Shown piece by piece: positions 38,436 through 49,708 of a DNA stretch of 64,000 nt (its first letter is position 1; each line of letters opens with the position of its first letter). The position numbers and the translations under genes were made by a program. The notes below the pieces were generated by a model. The model was given only the letters and a program-made list of their open reading frames with translations. It did not search any database and had not been told where the DNA came from. The stretch is from Batkoa obscura (lineage: Eukaryota), in the NCBI GenBank assembly GCA_030770535.1, contig JASVEC010000002.1:186001-250000 (forward strand), written 5' to 3'.

Positions 38436-39306
38436 AACTTGTTAAATATTAAAGTAAAGTTGATTGTATATAAGGATGTTTTCTACTTCCAACTACTCCT
38501 CCACCTTTAAGCGGCTATTGCGTAATTTTTTTTCACTTTTTAACAAAAAGAATTTTTTTTTTCACTTTTTAATTAGTAAAATAAATTTTTAATTAAAAAC
38601 AAGCTCATATAAAATTATTTAATTTATTGTTTTGTTAGCATTTGCATTCAGTTAACAATTGTGTATTTATTAATCTTCAATTAAAAAAACTCTTGTAAAT
38701 GTATTTTTCATATATACACACCTTGTTTAATATTACACAAAACAACAGTTGTACAAAAACTTATCTATTACATTTGAGATCATCTGATGAAACTTATTAA
38801 TTTATTTTCTAAAAATAATTTCTTTTTTCGTCACTTGTTATCTTTATCAAAATTAAATTGTGTATTTTTATACCTATTGTTTTTTAGGATATATTTTATA
38901 ATAAACTATAAAGCTGTAGCTATGGGCTAATGTTTGTAGATAATTAGAGCTATATGTCATACCATATAATATTAAAATGGATTTAACTTTACAGAAAAAA
39001 CAACAAATAGATAAGAATAAAAGTTAAGATGACTAAATTTAATGAAGAATAAATAGCACATTAACAATGCTATAAAAATCAACTTTAATTTTACAACAGC
39101 TCAGTTCTCATGTTTTAGCATATAACTATAAAGTTTACTATTAATTTTTTCATAAAGAAAGGAATAAACTGATCATTACATGTCATTGTATCATGTAAAT
39201 GTTTAGTATTAATGAATAGATTATGAATTAAAATAAATCCAACCCGCTTTACTAAAAAACAAGTATATAAATAATTAAAAACAACTAAAGTCTTTACAAT
39301 TATAAG

Positions 39307-40083
39307 ATGAAATCTATCATATATTTAACCTTGCTTTCTTTAATTAGTGCTCAGTCCACTTCTAATTCAGCTGATTTACCTCCTGGACGCGTTGTTGGTG
39401 GATATGAGGTTAATCCAAAGTTTAAATATCCATGGATGGTCTCGCTTCAAAATAAAGGTGTACACTCTTGTGGAGGCTCCTTACTAAATGGGAATACAGT
39501 CATTTCTGCAGCCCATTGCATTGGAGGAGACGATTCCGATTGGACTGCAGCAGTGCATCGCCATGATTTGAGTAAAGCTGCTAGCGTTGAGAATGGAAAA
39601 GTTTATAAGGTCATTAAACGTATCCCACATCCTCTGTATAACAGTCAAACAGTTTCAAATGACGCTGCTATTTGGAAGCTTGATAACCCTGATCATTCTT
39701 CTACAGGTCTTCTATTAGATGATGGAAAATACTCTAACAAAGATAACACTCTTTTAAAAGTTATTGGATGGGGTACCACTTCATCCGGTGGTACTGTTTC
39801 AAATATTCTATTAGAGGTCAAAGTACCAGTATTTAATGCCAACAATTGTAAAAAAACAGCTTATAATGGAATGAACATTACATCCCAATTTTGTGCTGGG
39901 TACCCAGAAGGCGGTAAAGACTCATGTCAAGATGACTCTGGAGGCCCAATATTTATTGAGGAAAATGGCTCTCCATTATTGGTCGGTATTGTGTCGTGGG
40001 GCGAAGGTTGTGCCCTCAAAGGAAAACCAGGTGTTTACACTCGTACTTCTGTTATTAGAGATTTTATTAAGCAAAATCTATAA
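39307..40083 (+). CDS. Secreted trypsin (S1A) 3, with a Gly193Asp oxyanion-hole substitution
   Basis: R|VVGG, SAAHC, ND; active-site motif reads CQDDSGGP instead of CQGDSGGP. Confidence 0.93.
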   Translation: MKSIIYLTLLSLISAQSTSNSADLPPGRVVGGYEVNPKFKYPWMVSLQNKGVHSCGGSLLNGNTVISAAHCIGGDDSDWTAAVHRHDLSKAASVENGKVYKVIKRIPHPLYNSQTVSNDAAIWKLDNPDHSSTGLLLDDGKYSNKDNTLLKVIGWGTTSSGGTVSNILLEVKVPVFNANNCKKTAYNGMNITSQFCAGYPEGGKDSCQDDSGGPIFIEENGSPLLVGIVSWGEGCALKGKPGVYTRTSVIRDFIKQNL

Positions 40084-41234
40084 TTTTTAATAAATACAGT
40101 TCTTTTAAATTGTTTGTGCTTTTTGTATCATTAGAGAAAGTTAGATATTTAGCAGCATATGACATCATTAAGAAAATTCTTTTGATTTTCTAATATAGCA
40201 TTTTCAGCTGAATAAACCACAAAACCTTCTGGGTTTTATGCTTAGTCTTTTTAAATACTTTATAGTAAGAGTTGATAAATTTATTACATACGATTATTTT
40301 TATGTTAAAATAAATATCAAATGTTTTGAGCTTTAGCTATTATAACAACAAAAGCTTCAATCGAATTTTAAAATATATTTATAAATTATCTATGAAGGAA
40401 TGAGTAAGTATAAATCAATAATTATTACTCTATAAAGTTATAATAAGTGTAGCAGCTATCTTTGAAGGTTACAATTACAAGTTTATACAATGAATATTAT
40501 TCAATTATTCTGGATTCTGTAATGAATGAAAACTAACTCAACCAGTTTGCGGTTTAAATTAATGCAATAATTTAACGGCTGTTGGTGGCTACTTCACCAA
40601 ACCGCTGTTTTAAAATAAAGCTTTAAATAGGATATTTTAGTTTAAAGTCGAGCTTTAGAAATAACACAATTATCATTTGAATAAGCTATAATATCTTTCA
40701 TTCGGTTAAATAGTTACATAATCAAAATTTTAAAGAGATTAAATATAGTTTTATGCTGAGTCGCAGATTTACAATAGCAATGTTCGAGTTTGACCATAAA
40801 TATTTAAAATAATAATCTAGTATCGCTTGTATGAAAACATTAAAAATTTGACTATTTAAATCAAAAATATAAAAAGTTTAGTTTACTGATATATTTTTAA
40901 ATTAAACATAAAACATGACTCAGTAAATCAGGTATGTATCATGAGTGAATTTTTTAGAGAATAAAAATCAAATTAAATAAAATGGATAGATAATTGACTT
41001 TAGTATCACGCATTAAAATTGATCCTTGTGGACTTGCTACATCCCTGATATAATAGATAGTTAGCTAAGTTAAAAAGTATTAAATAATAACTTGTATTAT
41101 ATAAATATAGATACATCACGTCGAGTCACGCTCACGTTCCAATTACAAAAAATTATAAATAAATTGTTGTGTAGCTAAGGATAGAGAAGTATATAAAAAG
41201 AGAGCATCAAACTTTAACTTTAAACAAATTAAAA

Positions 41235-42008
41235 ATGAAGTCTGCTATTTTATTATCTCTTTTATCTCTTGTAGCTGCTCAAACCAAAGAAACTGGTCTT
41301 TTCCCACCTGCTCGTATCGTTGGTGGTTATGAAGTCTCTCCTCAATTTAAATACTCATGGGTAGTTTCTCTTCAGTATAATGGTAGACACTCATGTGGTG
41401 GTACTTTAGTTAATGGAAATACCATTGTATCCGCTGCTCATTGTGTCATTGGTGCCGATTCTGCCTGGAAAGCTTCCGTTCATCGCCATAATTTAACATT
41501 AACTCCTGAAGCCGAGAGTGGTAACACTTATAACGTTATAAAACGTACTTCACATCCTAATTATGTTGCTTCTACTTTCTCTCATGATGTTGCTGTTTGG
41601 AAGATTGATGCCCCAGCTGGTCCATCCACTGGTGTATTATTAGATAGTGGTAAATGGGCTAATGCTGATAACACTCTCTTAAAAGTTATTGGATGGGGTA
41701 CTACTTCATCTGGTGGTGCAGTATCTAAGGTATTACTCGAAGTCAAAGTACCAGTCTTCAATGCTGATCAATGCAAAAAGACTGCTTATGGTACTCTTGA
41801 CACTACCACTCAATTCTGTGCTGGTTACCCAGAAGGTGGTAAAGACTCATGCCAAGGTGATTCTGGAGGTCCATTATTCATTGAAGAAAACAATGCTCCA
41901 GTATTAGTTGGTATTGTTTCATGGGGTAGAGGATGCGCTCTTAAAGGTTATCCAGGTGTATATACTCGTGCTGCCGCTGTTGCTGATTTCATTAACCAAA
42001 ATCTATGA
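41235..42008 (+). CDS. Secreted trypsin (S1A) 4
   Basis: Protein identical to trypsin 2 except for a central patch of about 35 aa. Confidence 0.96.
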   Translation: MKSAILLSLLSLVAAQTKETGLFPPARIVGGYEVSPQFKYSWVVSLQYNGRHSCGGTLVNGNTIVSAAHCVIGADSAWKASVHRHNLTLTPEAESGNTYNVIKRTSHPNYVASTFSHDVAVWKIDAPAGPSTGVLLDSGKWANADNTLLKVIGWGTTSSGGAVSKVLLEVKVPVFNADQCKKTAYGTLDTTTQFCAGYPEGGKDSCQGDSGGPLFIEENNAPVLVGIVSWGRGCALKGYPGVYTRAAAVADFINQNL

Positions 42009-42400
42009 ATTTAATAAAATAGTTTGTAAATTATCATTTGTTATATTATTATGCTATAACTATTTTAGTGTATTTAAGCACTTTAAGAAATTAAACATTT
42101 GAATTTTAGTTAGGAATAACTGAGTTTCTTGGTAATTTTTTCTGGAACATTTTGATATTAACTTTTACAACACAAGGATTATTAATAAAACAGTACAAGT
42201 TAGAAGTACTAAATATAACTACGGCACCAGTCCTAATACTAGTTCAAATTTAAAACAACCATAACATTAACGTTATTGAAACAGCAAAACATTTAAAGTT
42301 ATAAACCAGTATAAAACCGCTAATTTACTAAAAGTCAGTTTTGATTATTTTTCACTTTATTAGCTGTTATTTTTGATTGTAATTTATTTTTTTACATACA

Positions 42401-42492
42401 AGGTGTTTTGGTTTTATTACTTTTTTCATTTTTTAAGCACTATTGGGCAGGAAAAATATGGGTAAATTTCTTAAGGAAAAAGAGACATACAC
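42401..42492 (-). mobile_element. Degenerate MITE
   Basis: TTATTACTTTTTTCATTTTTTAAGCACTATT...GTAAATTTCTTAA similarity; termini eroded. Confidence 0.55.
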
Positions 42493-43447
42493 ATATATGG
42501 CTTTTTTAATCCAAACATTGACTTAACTCTCCCCTTTCTTTCATCCCAATTGTACTAAAGAAGCCTTCAATGAAGCTTAACTGATATCCAAACGATTATA
42601 TAGATTTTAGCCTTATTTCCAACCAGGCACCACCTTTAAAGTTGGAGAATCCTATGTTGTTTATGATACATGGAGAGACTATGAAAAGTTACTATTAAAT
42701 GAAAAAGTTTAGTATATCAGACTTTGAGGTTTTGAAATTAGAGGAATTAAACAAATTTATCGAATACTAAAATTTGACCTGGTGTTCTTCAAGTCGGACT
42801 TCATCCTTATCTTGCTCAACATGAATTATATGAATTCTAAAGATAAAAATATTTAACTAATTGGCTATTTGTCCCTTAGATTAAAACTCTCACCAAAGAT
42901 TTGCGAAGGAAAGTGTTTGATGGATATTGCGATTCGATCAGAGGAAGTTCTTACTTTTATCATTTTAGTTTAGAGTCAGTAATGTAGTACTACTATAATA
43001 TTTATTAACGAAGATTATATTAAAAATGGATTTGAAGACATAGGATCCTCTAAAGAAAATTTAATAAAATCACTTCTTGAATTGGATTGTTCATAAATAT
43101 ATGGTCAAAAATTTCAAACGTTTGCCCTGAATGCTCACTATTCCCATGTATATAAATTTGTATAAGTTACATTTACTTTTATAAGTTATTTCATTTAAAC
43201 AAAATATAGAAAATGGGTTCTAAATAATTAGTAAAAAATAGTAATAACTTAGTGAATTTTACATTTAGAATCAACTATAAATAGGCTGTATAAATCAAGT
43301 CAAAAAGAATATTAGCCAAGTTACATTACCATTTATCACAATAAGAAAAAAAACTAAAATTTAAAAATAAAGTTTTATAAATTACTTACTTTTAATTCAA
43401 CAATTCATGATTATCACGTTTAGTATAAAGGATCCATATTCATTCTC

Positions 43448-44173
43448 TTATGCTTTAATAACGTCATTCTTAGTTTGATTAGTTGATTCTAAAGAGATAT
43501 CTATATTTTCTGCAAGTGAAGCTTGGGCAGCAATTTTAATAGCGAGAGGGTCATTATCTTTATCAACAAATTGAGATTTCACTGGAAGACAATCAGAAGC
43601 AAGACGGAAAGCCTCTTTAGCTAACTCAAGTGGAAGGTTGGGTCCAGCAATTTCAAATAAAATTTTATCTTTTGGTACTCTACATGCCCAATATTCAAAA
43701 GCACCTTTACCTTTACCCATTCGACTTTCATTGCCTTTAGCTGAAACTGGAATATCTGGAAATACTCGAAGCCAAATCTTAGTTTCTTTAGCTGGTTTGA
43801 CTTTACGACGAATTACATTATGGCATGCAGTTATTACTGAAGCGGATAATCGAATTCCCTCTTTAATACGAATTCCATATTGTCCAAATGCAATTGTATT
43901 ACCTTTTTGAGATCCTCCTGTACGTACTGGTACTCTTCCTTTTTGTGCTTTTTTATGTTTACGACGTCTTGGTGCTAAATTACTGGCATTACGCTGTGTT
44001 TGTAATTGTGGATTAAAAGCTAAATTATTGATGACAGGTACGGATGATTTCATTAAATTGGAATAGCTTGAAATCGGTTTAATACCGTTGAACAAGCTTG
44101 TCTTCATAGGCGATGTCAATGACTGACTTGAACATATTCTAAAGCTTTTGGCTAACACTGATAATAAAGACAT
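43448..44173 (-). CDS. MRPL16: Mitochondrial ribosomal protein uL16m
   Basis: N-terminal S/K/R-rich presequence; PRRRKHKKAQKGRVP, GQYGIR, IWLRVFPDIPVSAKGNESRMGKGKG, ILFEI and AKEAFRLA are L16 motifs. Confidence 0.95.
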   Translation of the reverse strand: MSLLSVLAKSFRICSSQSLTSPMKTSLFNGIKPISSYSNLMKSSVPVINNLAFNPQLQTQRNASNLAPRRRKHKKAQKGRVPVRTGGSQKGNTIAFGQYGIRIKEGIRLSASVITACHNVIRRKVKPAKETKIWLRVFPDIPVSAKGNESRMGKGKGAFEYWACRVPKDKILFEIAGPNLPLELAKEAFRLASDCLPVKSQFVDKDNDPLAIKIAAQASLAENIDISLESTNQTKNDVIKA

Positions 44174-44760
44174 TTCTATAAAACAAAGCTAATTAAATAA
44201 TACCTGATCAAAATTGAATAATTTTAGATTGGTAAATTATGGGACAATCGACAACTTTGCCTTGTTATTGGCTTGATTTTCGAATTGATGTATTACTAAA
44301 ATTTAGTTCTCAACTTCATTTTTTTACAAAAATAAACCTGATAATTTTTTACCAAGTACATATGAGCTAGTTTGAGAGTTCAGCTTAATTTTTCAGTTTA
44401 AATTTTTGACAAAAATTGCAAATTAAGCACAAGGTGCTATGAAATTAATTGCTTTTTTGCTTAATTTTAAAATTATCCCACATGGGGCAGCGTCTTTTAT
44501 TTATTATTGATGTTTTTTACTAATTGTCCTTTTTACTATTTTTTTAAAATTTAGGAATTAATCAGTACGTTTGCTTATCCAAGCTTGGATATGCGCTAAC
44601 TAACCTTTTATTTTAAAATAAAATTCAAATTAATAAGCATTAGATTAGCACGATAGAACAAATAGTTGATTATAAAACTCATCATTTGCCAACACACATT
44701 CGAACTTAAACGGATATATTAACTAATTTCTAAGTTTTAGAAGAATAGTAAAAAACAATT

Positions 44761-44856
44761 GGGGATATATTTTTGTATTTAAAGATTTTACTAATAATTT
44801 TTCCACTCAATAGCGCTTAAAAGATAGAAAAAGTAGTGAAGCCAAAAAAACATCCC
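44761..44856 (+). mobile_element. ~98-bp MITE
   Basis: GGGGATAT...CATCCC with AATT TSD. Confidence 0.88.
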
Positions 44857-45484
44857 AATTAGTAAAAAACATTTCCATTTGTTTAATATTAAAAATTTAT
44901 GCTACATAGAGAAAATGGACAAAAACAAATGAAAAGGAAAACTTTATCTTTAATTTTAACCAAGGTTTTAAACTTGAGGGCTATTCTGGAAAAAGGAACT
45001 TTGCTTCAAAGCTTGGAAATTATGTTGATTTTTATAAAAATATCCGAAATCATTAAAATGTTTTTTTGATAATTAGTTCATTTGTCTATAGGTGGTTAAA
45101 ATGATAAATAAAGTTACTGTCTTCTAATCAAGTCAGATAAAGTTATTACTAAAAGTAAGACGGTTATATAATATATAGCATAAAGCTAATAAAAAAATGG
45201 AATAGCAGTATAAAGTAAATAATACCACTATTTACTAGCAATGAATATCTATATAAGAGTGATTATCTTTGATAGATAAATGAGATCAATTTCATTATAT
45301 TCTATTCAATATTGTTATGTGTAATAAACCATAAACCCTCATTTTGGTTTAGATGATAAAAAATACAACTCTTAATATTTGAGCATCAGGATTATTAATA
45401 AGCTGATTGTATATAAATGTCTTTTACAAATAACAATTCTCAATCCACATTTTTTGTTTAAAAAAGTTTCCGTGAATAATATAT

Positions 45485-45681
45485 GTGTATGTATTTTGTT
45501 CAAGAATTTACTAACAACCTTTCTACTTAAATAGCGGTTAAAAAATAGAAAAGTAATAGAGTCAAAAAAAAAATCACCATATGGGAGTGTTTTTTTTGAC
45601 TCTATTATCTTTTCCATTTTCTAAGCGCTATTTAAGCGGAAAATTTGTTAGTAAAATTCTTAAACACAAAAATACATACAC
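45485..45681. mobile_element. Inverted MITE dimer forming a ~197-bp imperfect palindrome
   Basis: 45485-45578 (+) and 45583-45681 (-) joined at CC-ATAT-GG; ATAT outside both ends. Confidence 0.88.
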
Positions 45682-45786
45682 ATATCCTGTATTCTGTCTT
45701 TTAGCTATTTAGAATACCAAAAAATATTTAATGAACATATAGAAATAAGAACAGAAAAGAAAAGCATCTATCTTTTGAAACTATAT

Positions 45787-45884
45787 GGGGATGTATTTTT
45801 GTATTTAAGAATTTTACCAACAAATTTCCGCTTAAATGGTGCTTAGAAAATGGAAAAAATAATGAAGTCAAAAAAAACACTCTC
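45787..45884 (+). mobile_element. ~98-bp MITE
   Basis: GGGGATGTATTTTTG...CACTCTC; ATAT TSD. Confidence 0.9.
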
Positions 45885-46089
45885 ATATGATTTCTAGATA
45901 ATGATTAATATTCATACTTTTATAGCTTAAAATAATAATACACCAAGTTTTGAATAAGCTAAGATCAAGGAAATAAATACCAATAATAAACTATTGATAA
46001 TAGCGAATTTATAATTATGATATGAAGATCAATTCATGAAATAGTTTTTAAGAATAGATATTAATATTGTAGTAATGTAGATATTCTGA

Positions 46090-46560
46090 TCTTATACCAA
46101 CTAAGGGTATTATTATTACAATCGTATTATGAAATAAAAATTATTGGTCGAAATTGTGTTATTTTTGAAATTCAAAAGTACTGACAGCAATGATAACTTG
46201 TCCATATTAAAAGAATATTACGATAAGTCATGTTATTGTCAAGGATAATTTGTTTATTGTTATTGAATTATGCATGACATATGTATTTTAAAGGTATCAA
46301 GTCATTTTGTTCACAAATATATTTAGCCATCAATACTTGGTATATCTTTTATTAATGGTATAATCGTATTATTTAATAAGGATCATGTTCTAGCCTTTAG
46401 AACAAGAATTTCAATATATTTTTATTCTTGTATTATTAAGATTCATTTATCTACTTTAGGTGTACAGATTAATAAAAATCCTATTATTAAGCTTGAGTAT
46501 TACTCAGCTATAATTTTCAGTCTTATTATAAAGCTTCCTACGAATATCTTTATAAAAACA
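46090..46560. repeat. Diverged non-coding block repeated at about 54150-54560 and 56800-57260 (3' flank of peptide genes A, B and C)
   Basis: Shared run GA(T/C)CTTAT...AGGG.TATT...ATTATGA..TAAAA.T.ATTGGT..AAA.T.T.TT...AGTCAT.TT.TT; boundaries approximate. Confidence 0.7.
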
Positions 46561-46739
46561 AATCTAATTTTGAAGTCAAAAGACCCTTTTTATTAAAATT
46601 TATTATAGAAATAAGTAAAATCGCTCATTAGAAACGTTTATATTTACTAGTATAGATTAATTTTTAAATTTCTATAAAATAATGAGTCGTAAAACAAACC
46701 AAAGTAGTTGAAAAGATAAAAAAACTTTTAAATAAATGC

Positions 46740-46831
46740 GGGAATGTTTTTTTGGCTCCGCTTTTTCCGTCTTTTAAGCACTATTCGAGCAGAAAAATTA
46801 GTAAAATTCTTAAACATAAAAATACATTCTC
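46740..46831 (-). mobile_element. Degenerate MITE just 3' of peptide gene A
   Basis: TTTTAAGCACTATTCGAG...TAGTAAAATTCTTAAACATAAAATACAT core. Confidence 0.75.
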
Positions 46832-46955
46832 ATACAGTGTTCAAAAATCAAACGAAAAGTTCTTCATTTATTAATATAAAAATGCTAAAGTAATTGGTTT
46901 TTAAAGAATGGAGTTTGGTTCATTGATGTCATCATTGTTAACCATAGACATTACC

Positions 46956-47219
46956 CTATCCTCTTCTTTGAAGTGGTGCATCAAGTCCTCTTCTGCCATA
47001 TGGTCTATAGGCTCCTCTTCTTTGAAGTGGTGCGTCAAGTCCTCTTCTGCCATATGGTCTATAGGCTCCCCTTCTTTCAAAAGATTGTAGAGATTCGTTT
47101 TCTTTATTTAGTGTTACTGCTCCTTGAATAGAATCGTTAGGAATAGCTGGTGCAGCAATAGCAACAAAGTTATTGATAGTTAAAATAGTAAATAAAGTTC
47201 CAATGAGATGAGTATACAT
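46956..47219 (-). CDS. Secreted dibasic-site repeat-peptide precursor A (KEP-like), 87 aa
   Basis: Hydrophobic signal peptide, pro-region, then RR-[GAYRPYG-RR-GLDAPLQ-RR]x2-G; 54-nt tandem repeat at the DNA level. Confidence 0.85.
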   Translation of the reverse strand: MYTHLIGTLFTILTINNFVAIAAPAIPNDSIQGAVTLNKENESLQSFERRGAYRPYGRRGLDAPLQRRGAYRPYGRRGLDAPLQRRG

Positions 47220-47243
47220 GATTTTTTTTGTGTTTTAACATGT

Positions 47244-49708
47244 GGGGTTGTCTGAATTAGTTTCATTATTTTATCCAATTTTTGAAAAATTTTGTATTTT
47301 AAAAACTTCGCTTAAAATTCTATAAAATCACATCTTTTATTAAAACAAAAGTACCCAAACACAGTTCTAAATCATTCTATTATAGCTCATACTGTAAGTT
47401 AGTTGAATTTCTACTAGATCTTAAATACATGTTCTTATAAAGCTTAATTGAGAAATATTTATTATCAACTGCTTTATAACCAACATCGTAGATTTATTAT
47501 CAAATGAATAAACTACTTTAATGTTATAATTACATTATTAATATATTGCCAAGTTAATAAATAGCTGCATGGGAGGGAATGGTCAGCCCCAAAACTATAA
47601 TTAACCATCCCTATATAGTACAAGTAATAATAGTTTTTACATATTATTACAGTTACTTGTTCTTTGACTATTTATTAACTTAGCTATTAATAACTTAAGT
47701 AATCCTAACATTTAACAATCTATTTCTATCATTCAACAAACTACTTACTTGCTTAGTAAATATCGAAATTTTTAAATTCTCTGTTATCTTCGTAAGGTAA
47801 GCTGGGATCGATCTTTTAATTTTTCTGTTTTCTATAGACTCTATAACTTTAATTGGGACTATATCGCTTTTTTTTGATGTATCAGATACTGGATAACAAT
47901 GTAGTTTATTGTTATGTTTAATAAAGTGTAAATACTTCTTAATGCCCTGCATCTCTATTATTCTTTTTGTATTTTTGTTTCTTTTATACTTTTTAAAAAT
48001 TATATCTGTTTTCCCATTATTAACAGTTGAGTTATTAATTTTATTATGCTCACAAATAAAAGCCTCAAATCTTGAAATTAATTGATCGATATCTTCTATT
48101 TTACCTAACGCTTCAAAACTACTTTTCCATTTTGAAAGGTTTCCAAAATGCCCATCAACTATACTTTTTCCATGATGCTCAGCAAAAAAATTAAGATTAA
48201 CATTCAAACTACTATTTATTTTATGAATTTCTTCAAACATATAGTGTAGAAACTCTTGGGATCTAAAATGATTTCCTGTATCTGCCCATATATTAATTTT
48301 TGTAAACTTTTTAAATAGAAGCTCTGTAGAGATTAAATCGATTAAACAATCTCCTGCATATGCTGAATCATGATTCAATATTTCAGATAAATAATCAAAG
48401 TAAACTTTGCCTATTGTTTTATCATCTTTTAAATATAATACACCAAAGCCTAATACTGATATAGCTTGTTTATTATAATGATCTAGATTTATTGAATCTG
48501 GTCTTGTTCCTATTTCCATATTTTGTTTAAAATCTAAAACTATTATACAACTTTTGTTATTTAATTTTTTGATAGTTTCATTAAATGTGTTTTTTTGAGT
48601 ATCAACACAGAATTTATGTAATTTGTATAATTTTTCTTCTTCGTTGAAAATTTCTTGTATCTCTGCTTTGTTTTTTGCTGTATTTATTTTATTTTCAAAT
48701 AACTTTTTTCTAACTGTATACTGGGTACATATATTACATAGATCCGTTTTTCTTGCTGGATTTTTGAAATTACTTGGTATATATTTAAAGAACGTTGACC
48801 TAGCTACTGCTTTATCTCTTAGATCATTCAAATATTTACTATATATCATTCTTCTACTTTTATTTAATATATATATATTATCTGATGAATATTTACTATC
48901 GTTATTTTTTTTATTAAATCTTGATGAAATAGTTGAATCATTTAGTAAATATTGTATAATAGTTTCAATTTGGTCATCTTTAATTTTTTTTGTATTTTTA
49001 ATAATAGGTTTTAATGTTGATATTTTATTATTATTACTTGTTTTTGAATAATCATATTGATTTCTATTTATATTAAACCTAAAACTCTTACATTCATCAA
49101 AAGAATATACTGAAGCTATAGTTGATAATAACGCTACTTGCTGATTTTTGTTTCCTGTTTCCCTTAAAGCACTAATTTTATACATTACTTGATTAAGTTT
49201 ATTATTATCGATAGTAAACTTTGATAATATATCTTTTCTTTGTTTTGTTTTATTATAAAATTCCATAAACCTTGGGTTGTTATAAGTAGCTCTTAAAATT
49301 GATGTAAATGAATTACAATGTTTATATTGTGTACTCCTCCCTATTGTATTGAAGTTTTCAAAAATTCCATTTCGAAGTTTAGTTATGAAAGTTTGCATTT
49401 TATTTTTATTTCAACAAAAAATAAAGTCAAATAAAGTCAAATAACTGTGTTTATATAATTATGTATTTATATAATTATATAATCATATAGTTATATATTA
49501 TATATCTGTTAAATATCTAATAGAACTAACATAAAATATATAGTTAGGAAAATTAGCTATTTAAGAAAAGGAAACAATTAAAATAAGTTTTAAATAGAGA
49601 CATTTAATTTTAGGCTTTTTAGATTTAACCGTTATATTGGACACAAACTTGAAATTTTAAATTTGGATTAATTTCTAAGTAGATTCTGAAACCAATTAGG
49701 ACAGCCCC
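47244..49708 (-). mobile_element. Intact Sola-like transposon inserted 24 bp upstream of the peptide gene A start codon
   Basis: TIRs at both ends; ATGT TSD; the paralogous empty site at about 55152 has a single ATGT. Confidence 0.97.
47695..49398 (-). CDS. 567-aa DDD transposase (Sola-like)
   Basis: Intact ORF, near-identical to the other copies. Confidence 0.88.
   Translation of the reverse strand: MQTFITKLRNGIFENFNTIGRSTQYKHCNSFTSILRATYNNPRFMEFYNKTKQRKDILSKFTIDNNKLNQVMYKISALRETGNKNQQVALLSTIASVYSFDECKSFRFNINRNQYDYSKTSNNNKISTLKPIIKNTKKIKDDQIETIIQYLLNDSTISSRFNKKNNDSKYSSDNIYILNKSRRMIYSKYLNDLRDKAVARSTFFKYIPSNFKNPARKTDLCNICTQYTVRKKLFENKINTAKNKAEIQEIFNEEEKLYKLHKFCVDTQKNTFNETIKKLNNKSCIIVLDFKQNMEIGTRPDSINLDHYNKQAISVLGFGVLYLKDDKTIGKVYFDYLSEILNHDSAYAGDCLIDLISTELLFKKFTKINIWADTGNHFRSQEFLHYMFEEIHKINSSLNVNLNFFAEHHGKSIVDGHFGNLSKWKSSFEALGKIEDIDQLISRFEAFICEHNKINNSTVNNGKTDIIFKKYKRNKNTKRIIEMQGIKKYLHFIKHNNKLHCYPVSDTSKKSDIVPIKVIESIENRKIKRSIPAYLTKITENLKISIFTKQVSSLLNDRNRLLNVRIT

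Noticed and set aside
42500..43150. Coding-like stretch with scattered stops between trypsin 4 and MRPL16
   Set aside because: May be a pseudogene relic, but I cannot assign a family without a BLASTx search.
45372..45617. Short ORFs at 21686, 45372, 61139 and 63653 that resemble one another
   Set aside because: The similarity comes from overlapping MITE copies.
46959..47072. 54-nt tandem repeat, or the dispersed MITEs, as a CRISPR-like array
   Set aside because: The repeat is the coding peptide repeat with no unique spacers; the MITEs are irregularly spaced, in both orientations, with TSDs; the context is eukaryotic.
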